The notes beneath the pieces are model-generated. The model ran no database searches and was not told the origin of the DNA. It was given only the letters and a program-made list of their open reading frames with translations. From an uncultured Acidobacteriota bacterium (GTDB lineage Bacteria > Acidobacteriota > Terriglobia > Terriglobales > Acidobacteriaceae): DNA of 64,000 nucleotides. The translations under genes were made by a program, and so were the position numbers. The number at the start of each line of letters is the position of its first letter. Position 1 is the first letter of the stretch. The stretch covers positions 1,243,146 through 1,307,145 of the forward strand of contig CAVWYG010000006.1 of NCBI GenBank assembly GCA_963759215.1, in the 5' to 3' direction. Of the stretch, positions 20,072 through 31,080 are shown in pieces.

Positions 20072-21079
20072 ATGGAACTTCGGAAGGATCCAATTACGCG
20101 CTCCTGGGTTGTTACCGGGGATCACCCGTCGCAGGGCCGGAATTTACTGCAGGTTTGTCCGTTCTGCCCGGAGTCGCCGCAACAGCCGCAGGTGATTTCC
20201 TCGATGGCGTCGGTGAACTATGGACCGTGGTCGGCGCGAGCAGTGGTGCATCCGCTGCCGCTGTACCACGTGGAAGGCGATCCGGGAAGGCGCGGGGTTG
20301 GGCTTTACGACGTGATGCGCTCGGTGGGTGCACATGAAGTGATTGTGGAAAACGCGCGCCACGACCGGCAGCTCTGGACGGCTTCGGATATGGAGATCGA
20401 GCAGTTTCTGCTGCTCTGCGCCCAGCGGTCGGAGGATCTGAAGCACGATCACCGCTTTAAGTATGTGAGCATCTTCAAGGATTTCGGATCGCTGAGCGGG
20501 CAGGAGTTCGACCATCCGACGTCGCAGCTTGTGGCAACGACCTATGTGCCGCGGCGGGTGCTGTACGAACTGAGGTCGGCGCGCGAACACTACGCGCAAA
20601 AAGAGCGCTGCGTCTTCTGCGACATTCTGACCCAGGAACTGCATGCGCGGGAGCGCATTGTGGAGATTCGCGGCGACTACGTTGCGTGCTGCCCGTATGC
20701 CTCGCGTGCGCCGTTTGAGACCTGGATCATTCCGGTGAGTCACGATGCGCATTTTGAGCACACCGCCGTTTCGCGGCTAGGTGCGCTGCGCGATTGCGCC
20801 TCACTGCTGCGCCGCATGTTGAACCGGATTCGCTCGATTACCGACAGCTTTCACCTGGTTGTGCACACGGCGCCCAATACGCAGCACCAGTCCAAGGTGC
20901 TGAATTACTGGCGCACGATCAACGAGGACTACCACTGGCATATCGAGATTCTGCCGATCCTGCAAGAGCGGCAGAAATCGTACTCCTTTAAGGAAGCGTA
21001 TCGCTCGCCGATGATGCCGGAAGATGCAGCCGCACGGTTGCGCGAAGCGCCGACGGAACACACCCTGACCACAACCTAA
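20072..21079 (+). CDS. galactose-1-phosphate uridylyltransferase-family (GalT/HIT-like) nucleotidyltransferase
   Basis: CPFCPE zinc motif and HWHIEILP (HxHxQ-like) motif; ~335 aa. Confidence 0.65.
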   Translation: MELRKDPITRSWVVTGDHPSQGRNLLQVCPFCPESPQQPQVISSMASVNYGPWSARAVVHPLPLYHVEGDPGRRGVGLYDVMRSVGAHEVIVENARHDRQLWTASDMEIEQFLLLCAQRSEDLKHDHRFKYVSIFKDFGSLSGQEFDHPTSQLVATTYVPRRVLYELRSAREHYAQKERCVFCDILTQELHARERIVEIRGDYVACCPYASRAPFETWIIPVSHDAHFEHTAVSRLGALRDCASLLRRMLNRIRSITDSFHLVVHTAPNTQHQSKVLNYWRTINEDYHWHIEILPILQERQKSYSFKEAYRSPMMPEDAAARLREAPTEHTLTTT

Positions 21080-21165
21080 GTGTGGCGTGTCACAGCTAAA
21101 AATCGTTTGTAGCCGCTCAACTGTTGGTCGATCAGTTGTTTTGATTGCGGTTGGTTTCCTCTTCA

Positions 21166-21960
21166 CTAAGGCCGTTTTTGCGACGCAGCTTCTTCGATCA
21201 GCGCCGCAACCTCCTTCGGCCTGGAGACATAGACTGCGTGACTGGCGCCTGAGACTTCGACCTTGTGACTCTTGGCCCTTGTGGCATACCACCGTTCGAG
21301 GTCGGGGTTGATGGCTCTGTCTTTTCCCGCCACCAGCATCCAACTCGGTTTGCTTTTCCACGCAGGTGTGACCGCTTTGAAATTGTCAGCCAAGTTCAGC
21401 ACCTGTGACCGCGCCATGAACGCGGCCTGTGCAGCAGGCAGGTCGGCTGCGAAGTACTCATGAAACTGCGCAGGGTCGAGGTAGGTGAAGCCGTCTGCTG
21501 TCTTCTTTATCGCGGTAGACTTGCTGAGGTCACTTGGGAAGCGCTTTCCGTCGTCAGCCTCATTCTCTCCAGCATCTGGCATGTGGGCCGCAATGTACAC
21601 TAAACCGACTACCGATGAATCCGTACCCGCTTCTGTAATTACAGATCCCCCGTAGCTGTGAGCGACAAGAATGCACGGTCCGTCCTGCAGAGCGAGGATG
21701 CGCTTCGTGGCGGCCACATCCTCTTTGAAGGACGTCTCCGGTTCTTGCACAATGCTGACGTTGTAGCCGTCCTTTACGAGAATGTCGTACACGCCTTTCC
21801 AGCCGGAACCATCTGCCCAGGCACCGTGAACCAGAATAATATTCCGAACGCGATGCACTTTCTGTGCTGAGAGAGCGCAGCAGGTCAGCAGCAATAATAC
21901 GATGCAGAGGGATTGAGACATTCCTCGTACTACTGACATAGGCTTCACTGGATTGCTCAT
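21166..21960 (-). CDS. alpha/beta hydrolase, secreted
   Basis: Signal peptide; nucleophile elbow AHSYGG; ILVHGAW start of the fold. Confidence 0.75.
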   Translation of the reverse strand: MSNPVKPMSVVRGMSQSLCIVLLLLTCCALSAQKVHRVRNIILVHGAWADGSGWKGVYDILVKDGYNVSIVQEPETSFKEDVAATKRILALQDGPCILVAHSYGGSVITEAGTDSSVVGLVYIAAHMPDAGENEADDGKRFPSDLSKSTAIKKTADGFTYLDPAQFHEYFAADLPAAQAAFMARSQVLNLADNFKAVTPAWKSKPSWMLVAGKDRAINPDLERWYATRAKSHKVEVSGASHAVYVSRPKEVAALIEEAASQKRP

Positions 21961-22257
21961 TTGTTGCTCCTTTTTGCCAGTTCGCGATCAGGAGCCTGTA
22001 TTCGCGACCGCCGCAATCGCGCCCTATAGGATGCAGGTAAGAATCGGCGTGCCCGAGGCGGTTCCTTGCTGTTGTGCCGAGCACGCGAGCAGGCTAAGTC
22101 GCACGCGGCAGGTTGAATCAGACCAGGTCCGGGGAGTTGCATGGCATGTTATAATCAGCCGTTACCGAGCATTGTGCGGTAGTGGTATGCCCGGTCGGCT
22201 GGATGGGCAAGACCGAGAAGCTGTTTTTCCAGAAATCACACAATCTACGAGGTTGGC

Positions 22258-23004
22258 ATGTCTGGCCACTCAAAATGGGCCACAATTAAACACAAAAAGG
22301 GCGCGCTGGACGCGAAGCGCGGCAAGATCTTCACCCGCCTGATCAAGGAAATCACGATGGCTGCCAAGGCTGGCGGCGATTCGGATAAGAATCCTCGGTT
22401 GCGCACTGCAGTGGCTGCGGCAAAGGCCGAAAACATGCCGCAGGATAACATCAAGCGCGCGATTCAGCGCGGCACCGGCGAGTTGCCGGGCGTGACCTAC
22501 GAAGAGATCACCTTCGAGGGCTACGGGCCGGGCGGCGCGGCGGTTTTGGTTGAGACTTCGACGGACAATCGCAACCGCACGGTGAGCGATATTCGCCACA
22601 TCTTCGGCAAAAATGGCGGCAACATGGGCAATGCGGGCTCGGTGGCGCACTTGTTCAGCAAGAAGGGCGATATTCTGATTCCGAAGGCGCAGGCCAAGGA
22701 GGACGATCTGATGAACATCGTTCTTGAACAGGGTGCTGATGACCTGCGGGACGATGGCGATAGCTGGGAGATTCTGACCGATCCGGCTGCCTACGAGGCA
22801 GTTTTGGAAGCCGTGAAGGCCGCAGGATACACGCCCGAGCATAGCGAACTGGGCATGATTCCTCAGAACTACGTCAAGCTCGAGGGTCAGCAGGCGCGCA
22901 CCATGGTTCGCCTGATGGAAGCGATGGAAGACTACGACGACGTGCAGAACGTTTACTCGAACGCCGACATCGACCAGAAGGATTTCGAGGAAGTCGCCGG
23001 CTAA
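22258..23004 (+). CDS. yebC: YebC/PmpR family DNA-binding transcriptional regulator
   Basis: [32 protein letters not shown]... is the near-invariant family N-terminus. Confidence 0.9.
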   Translation: MSGHSKWATIKHKKGALDAKRGKIFTRLIKEITMAAKAGGDSDKNPRLRTAVAAAKAENMPQDNIKRAIQRGTGELPGVTYEEITFEGYGPGGAAVLVETSTDNRNRTVSDIRHIFGKNGGNMGNAGSVAHLFSKKGDILIPKAQAKEDDLMNIVLEQGADDLRDDGDSWEILTDPAAYEAVLEAVKAAGYTPEHSELGMIPQNYVKLEGQQARTMVRLMEAMEDYDDVQNVYSNADIDQKDFEEVAG

Positions 23005-23367
23005 CAGCGCAGCAGAGAGTGTTTCAGGATGGGCCGCTCCAAAGAGGGCGGCCTTTTCCTTCAAGGTGTTTCTTGGGAATGATGTTTCGCTATTCCAGCG
23101 TTTTCTCCTTCACATTGCTGCGTGGTTTACTTGCCCTCGCTCAATTTCATCATTATTTTCCGGAGGGCATCCGTGCGTTTTTCGTTTAGGTCATCACTGA
23201 ACCGGCTTCGCGGCGAGAAGATTTTCGACGTGGAGCTGGCAGAGCAGGTCTTTTTAGTACCGCCGTTCACTCCGGAAGTTGCCGCTGCGGTGAGCCTCAT
23301 TTCCACTCGCGTTCCCTTCCGCGCGGACGAACGCTCTCGTTCACTTTGCCAGAAGGAAACCAATGGA

Positions 23368-23985
23368 ATGTCAGAGCGCGAATACGAGGCACTGGCACCA
23401 TTTTTCGAGAAGATTCCTAAGCCGCAGCGAGTGCTGGAGATCGGGCCAGGGTTTGGCCGGTCGGCCGCTTATTTCAGCAAAAAAGGCGTTTGGAATGAAG
23501 GTGCCGAAGTTCACCTTTACGATAGCAACGGCAAGGATACCAAGTACAAGCAGGTGCATTATGACCGCCCGCCGCAGTGGCCGGATGTTTCGTCCTTTTG
23601 CGGCCATCTGCCGCTGTTGCGCTCTTTCTTGGATTACAACCACATTGCCGGTTATCGAATTTTCGATGCAGCAGAGTTGCCGCTTCGCCAGTTGCCAGGA
23701 ACTTACGATTTGATTTATGGCTTTTTCAGTGTCGGCTTCCATTGGTCGTTGGAGTTCTATTTGGACGATCTAAACCCGCTCCTTGGGAAAGATAGTGTCC
23801 TGATCTGTACGCTGAACAAGCACTTCAAACCGTTTGCAAGACTGCGGGACTACTCGACGCGAATCCTTTACTGCCGGGATACGAAAAAGGGCGCTGCGCC
23901 ACTGCGGTTGATGGCGTTGAGCAAGGGCGAGCTGCCCGATGTCGGGATCATGCTTGCGGAGGCATTTCCCGGTTCCCAGGTGTGA
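23368..23985 (+). CDS. class I SAM-dependent methyltransferase
   Basis: Motif I VLEIGPGFGRS; RBS AAGGAAACC before ATG 23368. An in-frame upstream extension to GTG ~23175 is possible. Confidence 0.6.
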   Translation: MSEREYEALAPFFEKIPKPQRVLEIGPGFGRSAAYFSKKGVWNEGAEVHLYDSNGKDTKYKQVHYDRPPQWPDVSSFCGHLPLLRSFLDYNHIAGYRIFDAAELPLRQLPGTYDLIYGFFSVGFHWSLEFYLDDLNPLLGKDSVLICTLNKHFKPFARLRDYSTRILYCRDTKKGAAPLRLMALSKGELPDVGIMLAEAFPGSQV

Positions 23986-24127
23986 GCGCGAGCGGTACGC
24001 CTTGAAGTGAGACAGACCGAACTCGAATTAAGTTTTAGGTGGGGCCGCTCCAATGAGGTGCGGCCTTTTCCTTTGGGCTTGGAAGCAGGGCTGCAGGACT
24101 GTTACCGTATTCAGGGTTATGTTGACG

Positions 24128-24733
24128 ATGATGAGATTGTTTCGACTGGCAACATTTGCTGTGCTAATTTGTGGCGCCACGGCAGGGATAGCGCAGGACG
24201 AAGATGACGCGGCGGCGATTCGGCGCGAGCACTGGACTGCGGGCGTGCTGGCCAGCGCCGGCAATGGCCTGTACGACCGCACAAACGTCCATTTTGTGCG
24301 GGCCGGCGTGCGGGTTGGCCGGGTGATGACCGGAGAACTCGGCTCTGGCTGGGCGCGCGGGACGTTTGAAGTGGATTCGGAGATCATGCCGCTGGAGATG
24401 ATTCTGTGGGGAGGCTACAAGGATGTGTATGCCCTGGGCGTGAACCCGCTGGTGATGAAGTGGAATTTTACTCGCGGAAAGAAAGCGATTCCGTATTTTC
24501 TGGCGCAGGGCGGAATGCTGTGGAGCACCGACAACATTCCTCCGGGCAACACGTCGAAGATAAATTTCACCTCTGGTGCGGGAATCGGCATGAATTATTT
24601 CGTAAAGCCGGGGCGCTCGGTGAACTTCGATCTCCGGGCCACGCATTTGTCGAACGCTTCCCTGGGCTCTCACAATCCCGGAGTCAACTCGAGCTTGCAG
24701 GTTTCAGTTGGATATAACTGGTGGAAGCAGTAG
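24128..24733 (+). CDS. lipid A 3-O-deacylase (PagL)-like outer-membrane beta-barrel / acyloxyacyl hydrolase
   Basis: Signal peptide MMRLFRLATFAVLICGATAGIAQ; catalytic H/S in RATHLSNASLGSH; ends in aromatic residue. Confidence 0.65.
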   Translation: MMRLFRLATFAVLICGATAGIAQDEDDAAAIRREHWTAGVLASAGNGLYDRTNVHFVRAGVRVGRVMTGELGSGWARGTFEVDSEIMPLEMILWGGYKDVYALGVNPLVMKWNFTRGKKAIPYFLAQGGMLWSTDNIPPGNTSKINFTSGAGIGMNYFVKPGRSVNFDLRATHLSNASLGSHNPGVNSSLQVSVGYNWWKQ

Positions 24734-24747
24734 CGGAGAGCGGGAAG

Positions 24748-26250
24748 ATGGCAGCGCTGATTGAGTGTGTACCGAATTTCTCCGAAGGACGCGAGAAGGC
24801 GCGGGTTGACGCCATCGTTGAGGCGATGAAGCGCGACGGCGTGTATCTGCTGGATTGCGAGATGGACGCCGACCACAACCGCTCGGTGGTTACGCTGGCG
24901 GGCGAGCGCGGACCGCTGTTGGCGGCGGTGCTGGCAGGCATCGGCAAGGCAACGGAGTTGATTGACCTGAACGTGCAGCGCGGGGCTCATCCGCGACTAG
25001 GCGCGACCGACGTTGTGCCGTTCATCCCCATTGAGTCTGCGACCCTGGAAGACTGTGTGCAGATGGCGCATGAGCTGGGAGAGCAGGTCTGGCGGCATTA
25101 TCAGGTACCGGTGTATTTCTACGAAGCCGCCGCGGTCCGGCCGGAGCGGGTGAACCTGGAGAATATCCGGCGCGGGCAGTTTGAGGTGATACGCGAGGAG
25201 ATCACGAAGCTGGAGTCGCGCCGTCCCGATATTGGCGACCCGCACTGCCATCCGACGGCGGGCGCGGTGGTGATTGGCGCGCGTAAGTTTCTGGTGGCCT
25301 ACAACGTCTATCTGCAGACGAAGAACGTGGAGATTGCAAAGAAGATTGCCAAGGCGGTTCGCTTCTCCGGCGGGGGATTGCGCGCGGTGAAGGCGATGGG
25401 CGTGGAGGTGCGCGGTCAGGCGCAGGTTTCCATGAATTTGACCGACACGGAGCTGACGCCGATTGCCAGAGTTTTTGAATTTGTGAAGCGGGAAGCGGCG
25501 CGCTATGGCGTGCTGGTGGAGTCCAGCGAAATCGTGGGACTTGTACCGAAGCGGGCGATAGAAGAGGCCGCAGAATGGTTTCTGCAAGTGGAGAACTTTG
25601 ACTCCTCGCTGATCCTGGAAAACCGGCTGGCGATGATCGGTGACAAGGCTGTCACAGGCGGCCCGCGCGCAGGCGTGGAGAGGTTCGTTGAGCAACTGGC
25701 GTCGGCGACCGCCGTGCCGGGCGGGGGCAGCGCCTCGGCCGCAGCGGGAGCGATGGCGGCAGGCTTGGCGTCGATGGTCGCCGGAATATCACGCGGAAAG
25801 AAATCCTATGCCAAGTTTGACGCGGAACTCACCGCGGCTCTGACAAAGCTGGAAACTCTACGCGAGGAGTTGAAGTCGGCAGTCGATGCCGATGCGTGCG
25901 CGTATCAGGCGGTGGTAGCTGCCTGCAAGGCGCAGAAGAATGCTGCGCCGGAGCAGGCCACCGCGGCAGGCGAAGCGGTGGCCGCAGCGTTGCGCGGAGC
26001 CTCCGGTTTGCCGCTACACGTGGCAGAGTGTGCGGTTGAGGTGAGCGCGGTGATCAAGGATTTGCGCGCAAAGACGAATCCGAAGATGGCTAGCGACCTG
26101 ACCGTGGCTGCGGCCCTGGCGCGGGCGGCCATGGAAGGCGCGCTCGCGAATGTGGAGATCAACCTGGAATCTCTTGAAACCGGGACGGAGACCGCTTTTA
26201 TAGCTGAGACTCGCGCGAGAGTAGCGGCGCTGCGAAAAAAGCAGGGCTGA
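24748..26250 (+). CDS. ftcD: bifunctional glutamate formimidoyltransferase / formimidoyltetrahydrofolate cyclodeaminase
   Basis: IECVPNFSEGR N-terminus (FTCD_N); C-terminal VPGGGSASAAAGAMAAGLASMVAG (FTCD_C). Confidence 0.85.
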   Translation: MAALIECVPNFSEGREKARVDAIVEAMKRDGVYLLDCEMDADHNRSVVTLAGERGPLLAAVLAGIGKATELIDLNVQRGAHPRLGATDVVPFIPIESATLEDCVQMAHELGEQVWRHYQVPVYFYEAAAVRPERVNLENIRRGQFEVIREEITKLESRRPDIGDPHCHPTAGAVVIGARKFLVAYNVYLQTKNVEIAKKIAKAVRFSGGGLRAVKAMGVEVRGQAQVSMNLTDTELTPIARVFEFVKREAARYGVLVESSEIVGLVPKRAIEEAAEWFLQVENFDSSLILENRLAMIGDKAVTGGPRAGVERFVEQLASATAVPGGGSASAAAGAMAAGLASMVAGISRGKKSYAKFDAELTAALTKLETLREELKSAVDADACAYQAVVAACKAQKNAAPEQATAAGEAVAAALRGASGLPLHVAECAVEVSAVIKDLRAKTNPKMASDLTVAAALARAAMEGALANVEINLESLETGTETAFIAETRARVAALRKKQG

Positions 26251-26322
26251 CATACCTAAACGAAAACTGCGATCTTTAACTAAGTGATCGTTCTATGCAG
26301 CCGGGGGTACAATTGTAGATCT

Positions 26323-27252
26323 ATGAAGACTTTTTCAATTGCACTCGTTCTCGCCTGCGCACTGTGCACGAGCGTACTGGCGTCTCCGCTGGGAACCAAC
26401 GCGCGAACCGTGCTGCCGGTACAGATTCAGCAGATTATCTCGGTGGATTACCGCGCCCTGCGCAACTCACCAAGCGGCATCGCGCTGAAGAATCGCGTAC
26501 TGCCGGACAATCTGAAAGCGTTCGAAACTTCACTGCGCGGTATGGGCGTGAATCCGGATATGGATGTGGAGCAGCTTACGTTCGTCTCCTATCGCACGGC
26601 CAAGGGAACGTTGCGCAATTTCGGCGTTGCCAACGGGCAATTTGAGCCCAAGAAGGTAGTGCTTCGCTTGAAGAAGAAAGAGAAGAGCGAGAAATATCAC
26701 GACTCCGATCTGTGGTCCACCGGCAGCTTTGTTATGACGTTTCTGGACGACAACACCATGTTGTTTGGTGAGACAAGCGCGGTGAAGGATGGTTTGGATG
26801 TCCGCAACGGGGATGCGCAGGGCGTTGCCTCAAATCCGGACATGCTGCAGATGATCGTAGACGCAGAGTCCGGGCCGGTGTGGAGTGTGCTCGATCAACT
26901 GGGCACACAGAACATGCTGCGCTCGGTGTTGGGTGAGGCTTCGGCACTGGCGGATTACGACACGATCAAGAAGCGCCTGCTGGGATCGCATTACACCCTC
27001 GACCTGCAGCACGGTGTGGATTTCGGGCTGAACGTGCAGACCTCGGATGCGTTCACGGCGGGAACCCTTTCAGCCCTGATGAAGGCGGGCATCATGTACA
27101 AGAAGGCTGCCGGTACCGCGGAGGAAAAGAGCGCGATGGACAGTATGGAAGTTGACTCCGACGCGGGCCACTTGGTGATAAAGTTCAAGGCCGACGACAG
27201 CAAGTTCCAGGCGCTGGTGAAGAGCGACCTGTTCCAGGCGGTTTCACACTAG
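26323..27252 (+). CDS. secreted hypothetical protein
   Basis: Signal peptide MKTFSIALVLACALCTSVLASP; no recognised domain. Confidence 0.6.
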   Translation: MKTFSIALVLACALCTSVLASPLGTNARTVLPVQIQQIISVDYRALRNSPSGIALKNRVLPDNLKAFETSLRGMGVNPDMDVEQLTFVSYRTAKGTLRNFGVANGQFEPKKVVLRLKKKEKSEKYHDSDLWSTGSFVMTFLDDNTMLFGETSAVKDGLDVRNGDAQGVASNPDMLQMIVDAESGPVWSVLDQLGTQNMLRSVLGEASALADYDTIKKRLLGSHYTLDLQHGVDFGLNVQTSDAFTAGTLSALMKAGIMYKKAAGTAEEKSAMDSMEVDSDAGHLVIKFKADDSKFQALVKSDLFQAVSH

Positions 27253-27271
27253 AGCGGATCGAAGTTTGAAA

Positions 27272-27305
27272 CAAAGGCGGCCCGATGCGGTCGCCTTTGT
27301 TTTGG
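27272..27305. terminator. bidirectional rho-independent terminator between convergent genes
   Basis: Stem CAAAGGCG/CGCCTTTG with an ~11-nt loop followed by TTTTGGG; T-rich on both strands. Confidence 0.6.
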
Positions 27306-27316
27306 GCCAAGCACGG

Positions 27317-27628
27317 TTAGAGTTCCTCGAACAAATCTTTGCGGAGGGCGCGAACCGCAATTTCGATGCGGCGGTAGCGCACCCAGGTCCCTTGCTTTTG
27401 GGCCTCGACTAAACCTGCGTTCTTCAAAATCTTCATATGATGCGAAATTGTGGGCTGGGCGAGTTTGATTCGCTGCTCAACGTCGGAGGCGGTCCAGCCT
27501 TCGTTCGCGCCGATTTTGCGAGGTGTGGCGGGATGGAGCAGACGCAGGATTTTGCGCCGGGTTGGATCGGCAACAGCGCGAAGCGCCAAACTTAGCTTAT
27601 CGGTTGCAGCCTTCATGACTTTCACCAA
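27317..27628 (-). CDS. ArsR/SmtB family transcriptional regulator
   Basis: ADPTRRKILRLL ... LAQPTISHHMKILKNAGLV, a winged HTH. Confidence 0.85.
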   Translation of the reverse strand: MVKVMKAATDKLSLALRAVADPTRRKILRLLHPATPRKIGANEGWTASDVEQRIKLAQPTISHHMKILKNAGLVEAQKQGTWVRYRRIEIAVRALRKDLFEEL

Positions 27629-27718
27629 TCATAAAAAAATATTCGGGAGCGTGGGCCAGCAGCAAACGTCAGTCCGGCGGCTGCTGTAACAAGCAGAAAT
27701 AGATCGAAATATGTCGAT

Positions 27719-28339
27719 CTAATGTTTGAGGAAAGCGTTGTAGCCCGCGCCGACAAGCCGGGCGCGGATGGCCTCGGCTTCCTTGAAATCGGCGTATGGA
27801 CCCACCTGTACGTGGAACAGTTTGTCTCCGGGTTGGCTGATAATGACCGGATACCGTTGCTTCTGGAGCGTGTCGCTGAGCAGTTTGGCGTCGTCCTGAT
27901 ATCGCACGGCGGCAATCTGTACGAGATACCCGGTGCCGAGCGTGTTGCGAGTCTCGGCGGGCTGGGTTGAAGGTGTCGGCGCGGGCTCGGGCGGCGTAAG
28001 TTGCGGGTGCTCGTCCTTCTGCTGCACCGTCTGGTAGAAGGTCAGGTCAGTGGCGTTGGGCGCAGAGGCAGTCTGCGGCGGGCAGTTGTCGCCGGAGGTG
28101 CAATCCGGCGTTCTGGGCGGGGCAAGTTGCGAGGCCCCAGGCTTGCTGGCCGATGACGGAGACGGAGTTGCGGGAGCGGTGGCGAGCGCTGCGGCGGCGG
28201 ACTGCCGAGCAGAATTGCGTCCGAGCGAGTAACCAACCCCGAGCGAAATGCCGCAAAGAATCACCAGGCAGAAGAACAGCCCCAGCAACTTGCCAATGCC
28301 GAGCGTGATCTCGGTGTCATTACCCTCGGTGTCAGCCAT
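27719..28339 (-). CDS. SPOR domain-containing membrane protein (cell-division associated)
   Basis: TM helix, Pro/Ala-rich linker, C-terminal SPOR domain GYLVQIAAVRYQDDAKLLSDTLQ...FHVQVGPYADFKEAEAIRARL. Confidence 0.75.
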   Translation of the reverse strand: MADTEGNDTEITLGIGKLLGLFFCLVILCGISLGVGYSLGRNSARQSAAAALATAPATPSPSSASKPGASQLAPPRTPDCTSGDNCPPQTASAPNATDLTFYQTVQQKDEHPQLTPPEPAPTPSTQPAETRNTLGTGYLVQIAAVRYQDDAKLLSDTLQKQRYPVIISQPGDKLFHVQVGPYADFKEAEAIRARLVGAGYNAFLKH

Positions 28340-28372
28340 CGTTTCCCGCTCCCGCATACCAGTGTCTCTCAA

Positions 28373-29176
28373 TTATGCCTCGGTTTTAGGCGTGGGGTCA
28401 GTGACGGGCGTCGTGGATTTTGGTGCATTCCCAGTTAGCTTCTGGATACCCGCAAGCAGGTCGATGGGAACCGGGAAGATCACCGTGGTGTTCTTCTCGA
28501 CGCCGATCTCGGCCAAGGTCTGCAAATAACGGAGCTGGATCGAAGCGGGTTCGGTCTGCAAAAGATGCGCGGCGTCCACCAGGCGCTGTGCGGCGGAGTA
28601 TTCGCCTTCGGCGTGGATGATCTTGGCGCGCTTCTCGCGCTCGGCTTCGGCCTGCTTGGCCATGGCTCGCATCATCGTTTCGGCGAGATCCACCTGTTTG
28701 ACTTCGACGTTTGCCACCTTCACGCCCCAGGGGGCGGTGTGCTGGTCGAGAATGGATTGCAGCCGAAGGTTGATCTTGTCGCGATGGGCGAGAAGTTCGT
28801 CAAGTTCTACCTCGCCGAGCACGCTGCGCAAGGTGGTGAGCGCGAACTGCTGCGTCTGGTACTGGTAATTTGTGACCTCGACGACGGCGCGGCGCGGGTC
28901 GATGACGCGGAGGAAGACCACGGCGTTGACCTTCAGGGTGACGTTGTCGCGGGTGATGACGTCCTGCGGCGGCACGTCAAAGGCCACTTGGCGAAGATCG
29001 ACGCGCACCATGCGATCCAAGGGGGCGAAGACCAGAATCAGACCAGGGCCCTTGGGATTGTCGAGGAGGCGGCCAAGGCGGAAGATGACACCGCGTTCAT
29101 ACTCGCTGAGAATCTTGATGGAACTGAAGAGGTAGAAGGCGATGATCAGGAACACTATGCCGCTAAGAGGGAACAT
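28373..29176 (-). CDS. SPFH/band-7 (stomatin-like) family protein
   Basis: N-terminal TM, SPFH core ([22 protein letters not shown]), Ala/Glu-rich coiled coil. Confidence 0.8.
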   Translation of the reverse strand: MFPLSGIVFLIIAFYLFSSIKILSEYERGVIFRLGRLLDNPKGPGLILVFAPLDRMVRVDLRQVAFDVPPQDVITRDNVTLKVNAVVFLRVIDPRRAVVEVTNYQYQTQQFALTTLRSVLGEVELDELLAHRDKINLRLQSILDQHTAPWGVKVANVEVKQVDLAETMMRAMAKQAEAEREKRAKIIHAEGEYSAAQRLVDAAHLLQTEPASIQLRYLQTLAEIGVEKNTTVIFPVPIDLLAGIQKLTGNAPKSTTPVTDPTPKTEA

Positions 29177-29356
29177 GATGCCTCCGGGCCTGCTTGCAGG
29201 TCAGGGAGGATTCTATCGCAACGGAGAGCGGTTTCAAGGTTTCAAAGTTGTGAAGGTTTCAGGGTGCGCGCTGGAGGCTTGGCAGAACACCATGGGAGAC
29301 CATGGTGATTGCCGGAAAGTTGACGGTGGGTGTAAGCTAATTTTGCTCACCTGTGA

Positions 29357-29431
29357 GCGGGAGTAGTTCAGCGGTAGAACGCCAGCTTCCCAAGCTGGAT
29401 GTCGCCGGTTCGATCCCGGTCTCCCGCTCCA
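29357..29431 (+). tRNA. tRNA-Gly (anticodon CCC)
   Basis: Acceptor stem GCGGGAG/CTCCCGC; D-arm AGTTCAGCGGTAGAAC; anticodon loop TTCCCAA; T-arm GGTTCGATCCC; 3' CCA encoded. Confidence 0.95.
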
Positions 29432-29928
29432 AGAAACCCAACAAAACAAAGAAAAAGGCAAAGCAGCTCAATCCGCGATGTCTTTCTGTTTTTCTGTACT
29501 GTGCCCGAACTGTGCCCATTCGATTAAATTCGCGGCGTATCACCGCGTGTGCCCGGCTCCGCAGGCACTGCAAAGCCGTCTCAAATCCCGCCCGCTCGAT
29601 TGGGCTCTGACCAAGCCAATCCGCGGCCCGGTAGGTAATATTTCGGCTACGTTTACAGAGCAAATCCGCAGTGGCTGGTTACCTCCCCTGAAGGGTAATT
29701 GTGAACGGTCTTCGCTCCGCCTCGCCGCCTCCATGCCACATGGCGACATTCGCGAACGTGGTTGCCCGACTTCTTTCAGCGGGACGGCGGCGCCGATGGC
29801 GGATTCCAATCAACGTCCAAAACAAAGGGGGCGAGTGGGTCCCTGCATATATCGAACAAGACATCGTTTTCCCGCAGCCGTTATGATCGTAGATGGAACT
29901 TGAGATTGACTGTAAGTGAGGCCCGCTC

Positions 29929-30417
29929 GTGCCACTTTCTGCCAGCCGTATTTGGCGACAATTGCCTAATGAGATTAGAGTCTCCGCCAGCAAAGTATTT
30001 TGGGCGGAGACAACGAAAGAACAGAAACAGTTCCTCTTTGCCGCCCTCGCGAAAGCGAAGAACGTTCGTGAGATTAGTGTCCGCCGAGCTCCGATTGAGC
30101 GCCTGGTCAATTGGACGGCAGCAACTCTGACTCTTCCTGATCAGATCTCAACTAATCTGTTGCAGGACTATCTGCTCCACGACCATCTTGCAACGATCGT
30201 GCGCTATCTTGAGTTGCTGGGGATTCCTCATTCCGATGGAATCATCGAGGAGAGCTTTGACCTGGCCTCACTGCCTAAAGAACGCATCCAGGATGCAGCT
30301 CGAACCCTCCTCACATCACCAGATCGCCAAGCAGCCGAACTTTACCTGAAGTATCTCGTGGTTCAAGGTGGTCCCTGGTCGGTGATTGAAGAGGTCCTTC
30401 CTATCGGGGACGCCTAA
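29929..30417 (+). CDS. hypothetical protein (lower GC, downstream of the tRNA)
   Basis: 162-aa ORF with a GTG start and no recognised motif. Confidence 0.4.
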   Translation: MPLSASRIWRQLPNEIRVSASKVFWAETTKEQKQFLFAALAKAKNVREISVRRAPIERLVNWTAATLTLPDQISTNLLQDYLLHDHLATIVRYLELLGIPHSDGIIEESFDLASLPKERIQDAARTLLTSPDRQAAELYLKYLVVQGGPWSVIEEVLPIGDA

Positions 30418-30503
30418 ATACCTTACGGCATCGGGGCGGCGATGGAACTCGTGGGTATCGGAGATGCAAACGATGCGAACTGACTTGGCCGGTCTCTGCA
30501 CTT

Positions 30504-31067
30504 TCAGGCAATCACCCCCTGGTTTCTCAAACCGCGCTCCATCTCGATGATCCCAGACACAACATCCTCATGGTTGAGAGCGGCTGCGACGATGTGCGCC
30601 AAAGCTTCCTTGTGCTTGTCCGTGTCGTGCGTCAGCCAAGGTAGGTCATACGCCTGCGCCAGCGGCGGCCACTTGTCGGTTCGTCCTTTGATGACCGAGT
30701 CCAGCGATGAATAGAGGGCAAGCCGGCGAATCATCCTTTGCGACAATGCAACACCGTCAGCCCAGGTCGGCGAACTGATACAGATTACGTGCAGATCGCC
30801 ACGCCCGCTCTCCTGACGTTTGGCAGCCACCAGTCCCCCAAGACTGATGCCGATTACCGCGGATCCGTTGGGAATTTCGAGATCCCGGAGACGTTCGAGG
30901 GAGGCCTCTGCTGTGACCTCTGGATCACCATGGAGGAGCGCAGGCCGAACAAACCGAGTCCGCGGAAACCTGCCGCGCAACAATTCCTCGAGTTGGAGGA
31001 CGGAGCCGCCGGGGCTGCCTCCTTTGCCATGAAATAGAAAGATGTTTTCCGGCTCCGCGCAGTGCAT
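30504..31067 (-). CDS. alpha/beta-fold hydrolase (YqiA-like esterase family)
   Basis: IFLFHGKGGSPGG...GISLGG nucleophile elbow; ~188 aa. Confidence 0.55.
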   Translation of the reverse strand: MHCAEPENIFLFHGKGGSPGGSVLQLEELLRGRFPRTRFVRPALLHGDPEVTAEASLERLRDLEIPNGSAVIGISLGGLVAAKRQESGRGDLHVICISSPTWADGVALSQRMIRRLALYSSLDSVIKGRTDKWPPLAQAYDLPWLTHDTDKHKEALAHIVAAALNHEDVVSGIIEMERGLRNQGVIA

Positions 31068-31080
31068 GGTTAGTCTCCCA

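Noticed and set aside
23122-23367. N-terminal 82-codon extension of the methyltransferase ORF
   Set aside because: ATG 23368 has a good RBS, and motif I then lies at a typical distance from the N-terminus. The extension starts in AT-rich sequence. A start at GTG ~23175 cannot be excluded.
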